DNA of 64,000 nucleotides from Camelus dromedarius (Eukaryota): contig NC_087450.1 of the NCBI RefSeq assembly GCF_036321535.1, forward strand, positions 45,446,001 through 45,510,000. Reading direction: 5' to 3'. The translations under genes were made by a program, and so were the position numbers. Shown here in pieces: positions 1 through 18,159 of the stretch. The notes under the pieces were generated by a model. The model did not search any database and had not been told where the DNA came from. It saw only the letters and a list, made by a program, of their open reading frames with translations. The first letter of the stretch is position 1. Every line of letters begins with the position of its first letter.

Positions 1-374
1 TCCACGTGCGGTGGAGACCACATCTCCCAAAATGCTCTAAAAGCACCAGGGACTACAGTTCCCAGAATCTCCCCTTGCCAGCAGCTCCCAGCATGCAGTG
101 CCTGGGAAACTACAAAGGCCATAGCTGTTCTGCCCAGAGCTCAGGTCTGGTCCTACTCACTTCTGGCGCCCCAGCGATGACAGCACCATTGTTCTGAGTT
201 GGTTAGCTCCGTGTTATGACCCTGAGATCACGGTTGGTGCTTGAGGGCAAATTTATTTTTGGCCAGCTTAGGTGTGGAGACCTGGGAAGGGTCCGCCTTG
301 ACCTTCCTTGGCCAGAGACCTACACACAGCAGTGTCCTCCCCTCCATGTTCTGTGGCTGAATCCTCCCTCGATT

Positions 375-495
375 TAACTAGCTGGGTGACCGAGGCCTTT
401 CTGAGGTGCTCCCCCATTGGTAAATGGGGCTGAAATCCCCCGCCTCACAGGCCTGGTGCAGCTGGAGATAATGTGTGTGGATATGCTTGGACCGA
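375..495 (+). mobile_element. MIR fragment
   Basis: gtaaatggggctgaaatcccccgcctcacagg...gagataatgtgtg. Confidence 0.5.
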
Positions 496-1460
496 GGCCA
501 GTGGGCCATAAACATTTCTCCTCAGAGCTCCCTCCCTTCCCAAGAATACCTATGTTGTGTTCATCAAAGTTGCTACAGATTGTTACTTACTGGGCAGATG
601 ACTAGGGTTGTCCAGTGGGAAGATCACCTCTAGCATGTATGCCTATCTACTCATTCACTGGGAAACACAGAGCCCAAGGCTACTGGTTATAAAGCTTGTC
701 CTAGGATGACTGCCCCTCCCCCAGGTCCAGAGGTCATGCTGGGCAGCAGGAACAGTCTGAACCCCAGGGCAGATGGGCTTGGGCCATCTCAGCCCCAGCA
801 GAGCACCTGGCACACACTAGATCCACACTAGTAAACTAAACCTTCTTCAGGAGGGAACCTGGGAGAGATGAGAAGGGTCTCCCTCCCCCAAGGTTAGCAA
901 TACATCAGATGGCCCTGAGCTGCTGACCCAATGTTCCTATTTCCCTGGCTAAGGTGTGTGGCATCTTGTCTGACTTCATTATGCTGGGAATCTGGAGGGG
1001 CTTATCTTTTTCAAACGTCCAAACCCAGTCCCTGGTACCATGCTGTAGGCTGGCAACTCCGGGGTTGACCCTGGAAATTCCAGTGGGCCCCCTTCAGGGT
1101 TCAAGATGGTTTGAATCACATCTCCCAACCCTCTGTCCTCAGAACAATTTCCCCATACCCACACCCAGGCTGCTGATTGGCTAATTATGGCGGAATCACA
1201 TCATAAATTATATTTTGCACAGGCCTGCCTGCGCATCCTTGGTGTTGACCAAGGGCAAGTTACCAGGCAGAGCAAAGCCCATCCCTTCCCACCTCACTCC
1301 TCCCCTAATTGGAAGCAATTCAGAAATCACTGAACAGTTTGGCACAGGGACAATTTCTGGTACAAAGAGAGAGGCCACAGAGGTGGGCAATAGGATGCCC
1401 TCAGTGGCGAGTAAGGAAACTGATTGGTGGGCTGTGGCAGGGGAGGCCAGGGGGCCTTAC

Positions 1461-7620
<6,160 letters not shown>

Positions 7621-8159
7621 GAGGCTTCTCCCGGAGCTTTCTGCACGCATGGCTGACGGGGTTCCTCTCGCGCTCTGCCTCTTATCCCGGAGGATCGTGT
7701 CCCCGCTCCCAGGGGCTGCCCTGGCTCCTCCTCCGCGTCCCGAGCTCCTCCTCCAGGGAGCTTCCCGAAGCGGCGAGGGGTGCAGTGGGGTACCGGGGAC
7801 GGAGGCGGGCTCTTGCTCTCCACGCTCACCTATCCCGGAGGGCCTGGGGGCGCAGACCCCGAGGTTTTGATCTCCGGCCTCCCCTTAGCAGGTTGTGTGG
7901 CACAGGATATGGCCACGCATTCCACTTCTCGGCCTCAATTTCCTCACTTGTCACACGGATTCGGAGCTAATGTAAAGCTGTCCAAGGGGCAGCTAGGCAA
8001 CCTCATGAATGCCAACAGAAAGTGCGGTAGAAAGGCACCTCTTACCCTGCCCTCTCTTGCACCGGCGGCTCCCACTCCAGACCCTAGACAGGAAGAGATG
8101 AGTCGGGCCTCGCAGCTGCGGCCTAGCCCCCCTGCATCCCGCGCAGCTGCTCGCGCCGC

Positions 8160-8420
8160 CGCCGCTGCCCCGCCCCGCCCCTGAAGTCCGGCCAATCGCA
8201 GCCCGAGGCCTAGCGTCCGCCGCTAAGCAGCCGGGGCCCGCAAGGTGAGCGGCAGTGGTCACGTGACCGGAGACATCGCCCGCCGGCGCTGTGGTCTCAG
8301 CTCCCAACGCCCTCTGGCGGACGTCGGCGGAAAGGGCGACCTGGAGGAGAGCCTGTCTCGGCGCACTTCCCGCCCGCGCGTCGAGTGACTGCGGGCAGAG
8401 CCACCCCAGGCAGAGCGGAG
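8160..8420 (-). promoter_or_regulatory. KHK promoter within a CpG island
   Basis: GC boxes at 8168-8181, CCAAT at 8192-8196, palindromic E-box GGTCACGTGACC at 8257-8268. Confidence 0.7.
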
Positions 8421-8549
8421 GACGCGAGCAGGGTCCGGAACCCAGGGCTCCCTCACCCAATCCCCTGTGAATTCCTGTGTACCCCTGAACACATACTGGA
8501 GCAGACACCTTTTCTCGTTTTGTTTTGTTTTTTAGAAAAACCAAGTGTC

Positions 8550-8555
8550 TTTATT
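8550..8555 (-). terminator. EMILIN1 poly(A) signal AATAAA
   Basis: tttatt on the plus strand, about 365 nt past the stop codon. Confidence 0.8.
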
Positions 8556-8920
8556 CCTGAATAGTTTAGTATGGCAATGGGGACCGGAGCCCCCTCGGGA
8601 GAGCCCCGGAGCCCAGGGAATCAGCCAAAAAGCCAGCTGGGGGAGGAAAGGGTGCAAGGATCGGCTCTTTCGCAGTCCAGGTCTTGCAGGGGACGGTGAT
8701 CAGACCAAAAGTCCCAATAAGGCGACCCCCAGAGTCCTCGACCCGTACGCTCCGACCGTGAGGAGGAGGTTACTCTGGGCGCCTGTGCCGCGGCGGGTAC
8801 GGAGACAGCGGCCCGCTCAGGGTCGGCGCCCCGTCCCTGGCAAGACCCCGGGGAGCCGCCGCCCCAGCTGGCTCTTTGGCCGGCGTAGACACTTTGGGCC
8901 GGTCGGGCCCAGCCCCTGGT

Positions 8921-9258
8921 CTACGCCTGTTCTAGCTCCAGGTCCCCGTAGAGCAGGGCTCCGCTGAAGATGGTGAGCGGCTCCTCCGAGTGCGCCAGCT
9001 GCCCCATGACCAGGTCGATGCAGACGGTGTCCCCAGCCTGCAGCGGCAGGATGAGGCTGAAGACGCCCAGGGCGCCTGGGCTGGGCTGGCTTTCCGCCAC
9101 CGGCTTATTCTCCAGGCCCTCAGGCTCGTACCCGCCAGAGTCTATACGAGCCACGCCCAGGTTGGAGCGAGACAGCACCGCCTCCACTTTCTCGTGCCGG
9201 TGCCCAGTCAGCACTGCGCTCAGCAAGTAGCGTCCAGCCAGTGGCGCCGTGAACACGC
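8921..9258 (-). CDS. EMILIN1: EMILIN1 exon 8 coding part (gC1q)
   Basis: [18 protein letters not shown]...[10 protein letters not shown] then TAG. Confidence 0.96.
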
Positions 9259-12200
9259 CTGGGGGCAAGAGTGGCGGTCAGGAGGGGACAGGTGGCAGGG
9301 ACTGGGAAGGCCTCTGGGAGGCCATCCAGAACTCCTGGACCAGAGAGGGACCTGCTGGGTCTTTTCTCCTCTCTTGTAATGTAAGCTCCACGAAGGCAGG
9401 GCATTCAGTTTTGTTCATTTCTGCATCCCCAGCACTTCAAACTGCCTGGGCAAGAGCAGGCCCCCAGAAGAGAGCTCTGGACCCAGGGCGCCTCCCCTCC
9501 CAACCCCACCCTTCAGCCCAAACTGTGGTGAGAATGAATAAATGAAGGCAAGAACACGGGTCTCCCCAAACCAAAGAACGAAGATTCACCTTGTCTGAAA
9601 AGTCAAGAATAGGGACATATCACTGCACAGCCTCCCTGACTCGCCCTAGTGCCCGAGCTTACCAGTCTCTGGATCATAGTAGCCCCCATCGTTGAGTAGG
9701 ACTCTGTCGAAGGGCACTGTGCCTGGTTCAGACCGGGGCAAACTCAGGGCAGCTGAAAAGGCCACCCGGGGCACAGAGGGTGCTGGTGCCCCCTCCACTC
9801 CTGGGTGGGGGTGAAGAGGGTGTCAGAGTGGATGCTTGGTGCAGAGCTGTCCAGCCCCCTTTCCCTCTCTAACCCCATAGCTGCCTGAGGTATCCTCCAA
9901 ACCTTAGTTCAGTTCCCCTCCCTCCAGCACTGAATGAGAGGAACTTACCCTGTTCACCTTGGGGACCTGTGGGAAGAGGAAAGGGAGCAGTGAGAAGTAA
10001 GGCAGCTTTTGCTAAGTCACTCAGCAAACATCTGTTGAGTCTTTTGCACTGTGCTAGGTGCTATGCAGACTCCAAAGCAGGAATGGGGGTATCAAGAAAA
10101 GGAGGAATAGAGAAGGTCCGTTCTGTTCAACTGTTGGGCTATGAGCCCTAGCCCCCAGCCTTTCACACCTACACAGCCTTTGTAGGCTCAGCCTTCGTAG
10201 GCTCAGCCTTCAACACAGCAGTGAGGCCACCGTAGCCAGTTGGCCAACACAATGACTATCCTAGCTCCTAGTCACTTTCCTTGTCATTATCAGCTATGTA
10301 GGAGCCCCAGTTCCTCGCCTCCTTCCCTCCTTCTCTGTCAAGGTCAGAGTGGAATGTCAAGCCCAGGTCAGCCTAGGTGGGTGATTACCCTGGCCACAGC
10401 AAGGATCTCAGCACACGTACCTGGTGGCCCAATTGGCCCCTCTTGTCCATCCTTGCCTGGAGGTCCTGGAGGTCCAGCAGGGCCTGGGGGTCCCTGCATC
10501 CCAGGAGGCCCTGGGGGCCCAGCCTCACCTGCAGGCCCTACAGTGACAAAGCTAGGTTGAAGAAGAGCCATAAGAGGAATTTCCAAAGGACAAGGAAAAT
10601 GGTGGCTCCATGGACAGGTGACAAGGCCCTTCACTGCCCATGCTGGGTATCTAGCTGGCAGTGCAGCACCCCGCCTCCACCCAAAGGCCTGTCTGAGCCA
10701 TCAGGGGAGGGCAGGGAGCTGGGACCTTGGGTCATCTCTTGTGGACAAACCAAGCCCTGGGACAGTGGTGGGTCTGCAATTCATACTGGGCAGGGCCAGG
10801 AGAAAGTAGATGAGGTTAGGGCGGGGCTGTCTTAGGGTCAAGGGAAGAGAAAGAAAGGACTTGAAAGGGGCCCCTCACTCTGCACCCCCTCTTCCCCTCT
10901 CACCAGTGAGGTCCGTCAGACTGAGCTGGTGAAGTCGGTCTTCCAGGAGCAGTAGGGAGCTGTTAAGGGCACCAAGCCGCTTGCCCAGGCCAGCCTGCCC
11001 CTCCAGCAGCTTCTCCAGCAGGGCTGCCTGGGTCTGGCTGGTGCTGTTGGTTTCCCGTAGCCTGGCCCAGAGCCCAGCCACGTGTCTGGAAAGGCCTTCA
11101 CGCAGGCCTTGTAGTCCCCCGGCCACTGTGTCTAACCGCTCACAGACTCCCTCAAGGCGGCCCAATCGCCCCTCTAGGCTGGGGCACTGGCCAGCCTGTG
11201 CCTGTCCTTCTTCCAGGCCTCGGAAGCGCTCCTCACTCTCTGTAGCATGCTCTGTGGCCTCCTGCTGCAGCCTGTTAATCTCAGAGATGATGCGGTCCTT
11301 GGTGGCTCCCAGGTCAGCCAGATCAGCACCCTGGCCCTCCACGGTGGTCTGGAGCTCATGCAGTGAGTCATTGAGGGAGCTGAAGGTGAGAATAACCTCA
11401 GAGAGCTCTCCTTGCAGGGCCTGGAGGGCTGAGCCTGAGCTGCCCCCAAAGACACTGAAGCCATCCAGAGGCCCACGGCTTGGTCCCCCCAAACCCGGGC
11501 CGGCCCCCGGGCCCCGTGGGGGTAACAGTGGGCAGGAGCAGCGCTCCACACCATCCCGAAGGCGGCCCAGTTCCTCCTGGACACCACCGCAGGCCCCACA
11601 GCCCTCATCCCCACGGGCCTGCAGCAGACCCTCCAGTTGGCCCAGCCGTGCAGCTGTGAGATTCAGCTGCAGTGTGAACTCTGCAGCTGTCTCATCCAGT
11701 GCATCGACACGACCCTGGAGATGGCCCACGACACCTTGCAGTCCCTCCAGCGCGGCCTGCTGGGCCTCCCCAGCTGCTTCCACCTTGTGCAGGCCTGAGC
11801 CTACCAGCCGCAGCTGCCCCTCACTGTCCAGCACCCTGCGCTCCAAGGCACTGAGGATCTCACTGACCTGGGAGTCCTGCTCCCCTGGGGCTCCAGAGCA
11901 GAGCTGCCCACATGCCTGCACAGCTCCTGCCACCTGCTCTTCCAGCAGATCCAGCCGCCCACCCAGCTCCCCGCTCACATTGGCCAGCAACCCTTCCAGC
12001 TTCTCTAGTCGGCCCCGAGCAGCAGGCAACCAGTGGCCCAGCCCTCCAGGATGCCCGGGCCAGCCCTCCTCCTGCTCCTCCGAGGGGCCTAGGGTGGAAT
12101 TGAATCGGTCCTCTAGGCGAGAGAGGCGGGACACTAAGCTGGTGTAGCCTGGGGGGTGGCCTCCCTGCCCAGCTGCTCCTCCCAGGTTGGCGCCTCGCCG

Positions 12201-15200
12201 CCCGCTCAGCACTGTCACTGAGCCGGCCACTACATCCAGCCTCCGCTCCAGCTCAGCCAGTCGCCGGCCCAGCTCCGGAGGGCAGCACTCCTGAGGGGGC
12301 CAGCGGCCCAGTGCCTGCCCAGCGAGCTGCCGCTGCCGCTCCTCCACGGAGGCCAGTAGCTTCTCCAGTGCTCGCAGCCGCTCCCTGTCCTCCTGCTGCT
12401 GCCGGCGGAAGCCATCCAGCCCTGCCAGGCACACAGAGCAGGGCTCCTGCAGCCGCTGCTCCAGCTCCCGCATCAACTCCTCACTGTGGCCAGGAGGAGC
12501 CGGGGTTGAGTCCATGGCCCTGCCACCACTGCTACCACCACCACTGTGATGGTTGTTGAGATGGCCCAGCTCCTGGTCGTGGGTGGAGACGCGGTTGTCC
12601 AGGAGCTGCAGCTGCTGCTGGATCTCGTTGAGGGTTTCGTGCACGCCAGGACGGGCAGCTGCATCTGCTGGCTGCTGCCTCCCATTAAAAGCCGTCTCCA
12701 CAGCCCTCTGGACATCTTCTGCCAGGCGCCCACTCAGTCCCTGCAGGACACCCCGAAGGCCCTGCAGCTCCTTTGTCAGGCTCTGTACCTGCTCCTCCAG
12801 CTGCTGCACCTTCTCTGATTCCCCAGGACCTGGCAGAGAGGGGACACATTAGGCAGAGGGACTAGATCTCAGAGCTCAGTGCCTACCTCATAGGTCCTGC
12901 TCTCCCCAGCCCCAACAAGATGGCAGAGGTCCCAGCTCATATGGCCACTCCTTAGCTGGGTGACTTGGGCAAGAAAAAAATCGAAGAAACTCCATTCACT
13001 GAATGCCTGTAAGCCAAATGTGTACCATGGCACTTTCCTCCATTGAGTAGATACCATTAGCTCTTCCCACTTTATAAACTGGGAAACAGGACCAGAAAGA
13101 TTAATTAACTGGGCCACGGATTACAAGTTTAATAAGTGGCTGAGCTAAATTTCAAACCCAGATCTGACCACCGAGCCCAGGTCCTTTCCACCGTCCAGAA
13201 TGCCTCTTAACTTTATGGAAACTGTTTCCCTATCTGAAAAAATGGGAATGACACTATATTGCTCCCTCAGGGTGAGTGAAATGTGAGTGTGGGGGAGGCA
13301 CTGTGCACCCCACAACAGTGGCTATTGCTGGGTGGCACCTCTCCATACCACCCCAGGGACAAAAGCAGCTCTGAGGCAAGCTGTGGGGGTTCTGGCTGGA
13401 TGATGGGAGAGTCAGCCAGAAGTTCCTGTTTCCATAATTACAGCACGGCTATCTCCCTGGCAGGCAAACACAGCACATCCGCGGTGCCTGGCAACCAGGA
13501 CTGCAGCATTCTGGGTTCTGCAGTCTCCAGAGGCCACTGAGGGGCCTGGGATCTGTAGTCAGTTGCAGTGCATGCTAGGACTTGTAGTCTCAGCTGTCTA
13601 TCCCCTTGGGCCAAGCTTCTCGAAGGAATGCCCCCTTCCTCGCACAGCTGTTCCCAACTAGGAAGGATCTTGGCCACACGTGGGCGTGTGCGAGCAGTCT
13701 CTTTGCCTGCCTTTCCTCTGGGTTTCACTAGATNNNNNNNNNNNNNNNNNNNNNNNNNNNNNNNNNNNNNNNNNNNNNNNNNNNNNNNNNNNNNNNNNNN
13801 NNNNNNNNNNNNNNNNNNNNNNNNNNNNNNNNNNNNNNNNNNNNNNNNNNNNNNNNNNNNNNNNNNNNNNNNNNNNNNNNNNNNNNNNNNNNNNNNATCT
13901 CATTAACTCCCTTCTGTCCCTTTCTTCTGCTCCCTCAGCAGCCTGGCCCCACACTTTCTCCCCAGTGCTATCACCCAATCCTCTCCCCAAGCGGCTCCCA
14001 TACTCACCCTCCCCGCCCAGTCCACTCAGGTGGCTGCCCGCACTGGAGCCAGAGAGGTTGGGGCGGGCCGGCTGGGGCCGTGGGCGCGGTGTGGTAGGTG
14101 CAGGACCCAGCGCAGGGGCAGGGCCCTCGGCGCAGTCATCGCCCCCGTACCCCTGGCAGCACCTCCACTCCATGTCCGTCACTGTCTTGTAGGCCACACG
14201 GTAGCGAGGGCGGAGGAAGCTGCGGTACCTGGGAGAGGCAGAGGGAGGCCTCTTTACTCCTCCCTGTACTGTCAGTGATCCTGGCCCCTGTCCTCAGAAA
14301 TGGACGGTTCCTGGTGGGCTAGGCCATCCCTCAGGCTGGGTCCCCCTTACTGACCAGCATGTGGCCTTGCTCAGTTGACAGCTGTCAGCTTTTTGGCCAA
14401 GGGCCAAATCTCTGTTCTTCCTCCCCTTGTCCTGTGCTGGAACTTTGAACTCCTCTCCTTGAGCATGACCCAGCCCAGAGAAGGCCCTGGGGTGCTGGCA
14501 GGGTGGTGGAGGTAAGTTTGCCCTCAGTATCCCACCAGCCAAACTGTTGCCTCAGCAACTCCTCAGAGTGGTTCTGAGTGGAAGCCCCTGGTCCTGCCCC
14601 TTGCTACCTGCTTTGTACAAATTCCCTGGGTTGGCTGCCCTAGCCCAGCCCTCACCAAGTACCCATCCCCCAGCAGTGGGGCTCACATGATGCTGCGGGA
14701 ACACTGGGGCTGGCCCCAGCCACAGGGCTGGTAGTCGGGCTTGACGAAGGTCTCCACTCCATCCTCAAGGACACAGCTTACTGTCCGGGTCACCACATAG
14801 GCACACCAGTTCCTGCGGGCACAACCCCACCTGGGCCCAAGGGCCAGAGACACACTCCCCGGAGGAAGGCCCTGGGGCTACCAGAGGAGCTAAGGGAGGG
14901 TAAAAAGATGAAGGGCCTTGGGGACCAGTGAGAACCAGGGATTTGGCAGGGGCAGCTCCCCCTACGCCTTCCTGTGCAGCAGGAGTCGATAAAGACTTTT
15001 CAAGATGGAGGAAGGAGGCAAAGAATGGAAAACCACAACTACAAGATGTTGATCCTCATGGCTGGGGGCGCCTGGGGGGGCCTCTGAATCCATGCATTCA
15101 TTCCTGTCCCTTTCTGTCTCAATCCCCAGCTTGGCATGGCTGGTGTGAGCCGGCTGGCCAGTCCCTCTGGTGTTCCCCTGGATGCTGGCTTCCACCCACC

Positions 15201-15940
15201 CCTCAGGGGAGAGGACAGGGCAGGCAGGGGTCCAGTTCAGGGTTAAGGAGAGAATAAGCCATTGACAAGCCCTGCCCGCCTTGGGGCTCACAGTTCTGCA
15301 CTCTGGGCCCCATTCATGCTGACCTCTGGTCCATGTACGGCTGGAGAGCCGAAAGGAGCAAGGCAGGAGTGGTATCAGAATCGTGGATTACGGGCAGGGC
15401 TGAGGGAGCCCTCCAAAAGGATCAGAGGTCGGCTGAGAATCCCAGGCTGGTGTGCAGCTGGCAGCTGGCAGGAAAGCCAGCCCCTCGCCCCTCGAAGTAG
15501 TTTCCCTGGGCACCTTGGGCACCTAACGTGGAAGCTGATGCCCCTGAGGTTATGAGGTTAGACTGGGGGTACCTATCCATTCAGGGGGCCCTGGAAGTGC
15601 CCTGCAGGAAGGTTGGCCTGCAAGAAGCCACCTGATGGCTGGGTTCCTCTTCCCCCTTCCCTGCATTAGGGGGGACAGCCCAGGGAGGGTACCAAGGGAG
15701 GGGCCAGGATACCCACCTTACCCCCCACCCTCCCACCTACTTCCAGCCTTGGGCTGGGACCCAGACTTACCTGTGGCGGCTGGCAGGCCGAGGGGCACTC
15801 TGGGCCTGGGCTCCCCCAGGGCTGAGGGCCCCGCCACTCCCAGTGTAGAGGCTGTAACCGCGAGGAGGGTAGCTGGCTGCCCCCACAGCTGTGGTCAGCA
15901 GGCAGCAGAGGTAGCAGCTCCAGAGGGCGCCGGGGGCCAT
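8921..15940 (-). CDS. EMILIN1: EMILIN-1 (signal peptide, EMI domain, coiled coil, 17 Gly-X-Y triplets, gC1q domain)
   Basis: Eight exons of 170+126+221+1926+117+18+138+338 = 3054 nt (1017 aa plus stop), all GT-AG and in phase. Confidence 0.98.
9372..9548 (+). mobile_element. L2 3' end
   Basis: atgtaagctccacgaaggcagg...ttgttcatttctgcatccccagcac...gaatgaataaatgaa. Confidence 0.7.
9663..9800 (-). CDS. EMILIN1: EMILIN1 exon 7
   Basis: [46 protein letters not shown]. Confidence 0.95.
9949..9966 (-). CDS. EMILIN1: EMILIN1 exon 6 (18-nt microexon)
   Basis: tcttcccacag|GTCCCCAAGGTGAACAGG|gtaagt, encoding GPQGEQ. Confidence 0.92.
10182..10211. repeat. 15-bp perfect tandem duplication
   Basis: GTAGGCTCAGCCTTC x2. 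Confidence 0.9.
10421..10537 (-). CDS. EMILIN1: EMILIN1 exon 5 (collagen)
   Basis: [39 protein letters not shown]. Confidence 0.96.
10904..12829 (-). CDS. EMILIN1: EMILIN1 exon 4 (coiled coil, 1926 nt)
   Basis: Corresponds to ORF 10875..12809; ccag|GTCCTGGGGAA ... CTC ACT G|gtgaga. Confidence 0.97.
12990..13190 (-). mobile_element. MIR
   Basis: cccactttataaactgggaaacaggaccagaaag...gctgagctaaatttcaaacccagatctg. Confidence 0.55.
13734..13896. other. N gap (163 nt), EMILIN1 intron 3
   Basis: Run of N. Confidence 1.
14008..14228 (-). CDS. EMILIN1: EMILIN1 exon 3
   Basis: [32 protein letters not shown]...GLGGE; G|gtgagt. Confidence 0.95.
14687..14812 (-). CDS. EMILIN1: EMILIN1 exon 2 (EMI domain)
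   Basis: [41 protein letters not shown]. Confidence 0.95.
15771..15940 (-). CDS. EMILIN1: EMILIN1 exon 1 coding part
   Basis: caccATGG; [34 protein letters not shown]...ASRH; AG|gtaagt. Confidence 0.95.
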
Positions 15941-16359
15941 GGTGGTGGTGCTTCGTGGTGGCCCTCAGAGGCACATCCTGGCCTGACTACTGGCGCCTCT
16001 GCCCGGAGCGGGGGTGCCGCTGCTCTGAGGGGTAGTGCCGGTCGGGTCCTGTCCCCAGCTTCCTGCCAGCAGCCCCCAGCCACACGCCTCCTCCTTGGCC
16101 GCCTGGCCTGACCCCTCTCCCCCTCCTCTTCCCTCCTCGGACTCCTGTCTGTCCCTCCCTTGGTTCCTTCCGCTCTCCTCTTCTCTACTTGTGAGGGGAG
16201 TTTGTTCTCTGCCCCCCAGCCTCCAGTGCCTGGTCCTCTCAGATGCTGCTTCCTGGGCCTCCACCCCCTCGCCCCAGCTGGCCCTCCTCTGGTCTCCCTA
16301 TCTGTTTTCCCCAATGACTAGATCCTGGGGGTGACAGGGCTTGGCCCCTGTGGCTGCTC

Positions 16360-16537
16360 NNNNNNNNNNNNNNNNNNNNNNNNNNNNNNNNNNNNNNNNN
16401 NNNNNNNNNNNNNNNNNNNNNNNNNNNNNNNNNNNNNNNNNNNNNNNNNNNNNNNNNNNNNNNNNNNNNNNNNNNNNNNNNNNNNNNNNNNNNNNNNNNN
16501 NNNNNNNNNNNNNNNNNNNNNNNNNNNNNNNNNNNNN
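16360..16537. other. N gap (178 nt), upstream of EMILIN1
   Basis: Run of N. Confidence 1.
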
Positions 16538-16737
16538 GGAAAAACAGAGAAATGTGGAGTTGCCGCCGGGCCTGGGGCCAGCCTCTTAGATGGGCCACAT
16601 GGAGTGGAGCCGGGGCCAGAGCTGGGGAGGAGGCGCAGGGCTGGTCACTTAGGCAGGGAACAGGAGCTGGAGCCACAGCTCTCCTGGGGCCAGGGCAGTC
16701 CTCCCCTGGGAGAGAAGACCTGAGGGACAAGCTCAGA

Positions 16738-16763
16738 GGGGAGAGCTGGAGGGGAGAGCTGGA
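16738..16763. repeat. 13-bp tandem duplication
   Basis: GGGGAGAGCTGGA x2. Confidence 0.85.
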
Positions 16764-16804
16764 AAAGGGAGAGTGAACTTGCAGGACTCAGCAGGACGTC
16801 ACTC

Positions 16805-16920
16805 ATCATCTAGTCTAGCTGCCTCCTTTTATAGATGTGAACGCTGAGGCCCAGAGTGGGAAAGTAACTTGTCCAAGGTAACACAGCAAGTCAAGAGCAG
16901 GGCTCTGATTAGAATCTATA
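16805..16920 (-). mobile_element. MIR
   Basis: tttatagatgtgaacgctgaggcccagagtgggaaagtaacttgtccaaggtaacacagc. Confidence 0.7.
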
Positions 16921-17759
16921 TAGTACCTAGGTCAGTGGCGTGGGAGGAAAAAAGAGGAGAGGACAGAGGGCTACTGGGCCAGGGAGGGAAAGGAGAAGGA
17001 CTCCACTGAGGCAGGCAGGAAATTCAGAGAAGCCAGAAGGAGAAAAAAGGAATCTGGAAATGGAGAGCAGTCTTCTGTCAAGCGCTGAGAGGACATGGGA
17101 AAGAGGAGAAAGACCCTCATTCTCAAAAGGCCAAGTGAATATGGGTCTCAGGCTTGTCTTGTTGATGGTCAGCCACGTGGGAGGGGAAGGAGGGAGGAAA
17201 GTTGGGTCCTAACTACTTAGATCGATGTAAGTCACTCTCTAGCATGGAACCAAGTCTGATAGCCTCTGAGGCAGGCAAGGAAGTGAACTCAACCATCAGC
17301 GTGGCCCGTAGGTTCCCGGTGAGATGTCTGAATGTGTTAGCTGGCCCCCCTCACCGTCTGGCCCCCAGAGTTGTGTTCCGTACAGGTCTCCCTGTGTGGT
17401 GGGCCGCCTGGGAGAGGGGAGCAGAAGTACTAGACAGAAAGGAGGCAAGGGCACTGCGCGGGCCCTGCGGAGGGAGGTGCCCAGGCGGCAAAGGCACGTG
17501 TAAGACTCAGTAAGGAGCAGCCCGGCCTGCTGGGGACTGGAACACACGCGCCCAACAGAGAACAAACACAAGGCAGGACAGACAGAATGCCAGGGGGCCA
17601 GACAGACGGATGACGTGCTCTGGGTAAGAGGAGGGGAGACAGTTGGCTGCTGCGGGGAGTCAGAGCAGGGCTGTCGGAAGAAAAAGAACCTGACCAATGT
17701 TGGGGGAAAAGTAAAGAACAGAGACCAGGGGAGGGGAGAGACTTCAGGTTGGGGAAGTG

Positions 17760-17895
17760 GTCTGTCTCAGTTTCCTCATCTTAGCATGGGAATAATAATA
17801 GTACCCCCCTTCTTAGGTTTGTGAGGATTAAGTTATTCCATGAAAGCACTTAAAATAGTGCCTGGCATGTGGTAAATGCTCCATAAATGTTAGCT
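17760..17895 (+). mobile_element. MIR
   Basis: ctcagtttcctcatc...ataataatagtacc...gtgaggattaag...gtgcctggcatgtggtaaatgctccataaatgttagct. Confidence 0.8.
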
Positions 17896-18159
17896 CTTCT
17901 TTGGGTCAGGAAGAAGTGGGACAGAAAGTCAGAGAAGTCAATTGCAGAAAGATTAGGGAGAGGCTCAGATAACTGGTTACAAGTTTTTGAGTAGGGGGTT
18001 GATACAAATGCAGAAAGAAGATATTCTCAGCAAGAGCAATGGGCAGGGTGTTAGGGCACAAGGATGCTGGTTCCAGCTTCTGCTCTAAGTAGTGTTATTA
18101 CTTTGAGCAAATCCCCCGACTCCAGTGGGGGTCTGCTGTCTGTCATCTCAGGTTCCTTC

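Noticed and set aside
820-846. GATCCAC...AACCTTCT resembling KHK exon 4
   Set aside because: Wrong spacing, no open frame and no splice sites; exon 4 most likely lies left of the window.
10981-12147. 388-aa plus-strand ORF (and 7993..8544, 8545..8967, 54626..55099)
   Set aside because: Antisense shadows of EMILIN1 exon 4 or ORFs in CpG islands, where stop codons are scarce. Ser/Pro/Arg/Gly-rich, with no splice or homology support.
13568-14197. ORFs containing long X runs (also near 16.3, 20.8, 22.8, 47.4 and 61.7 kb)
   Set aside because: Artefacts of translating through N gaps.
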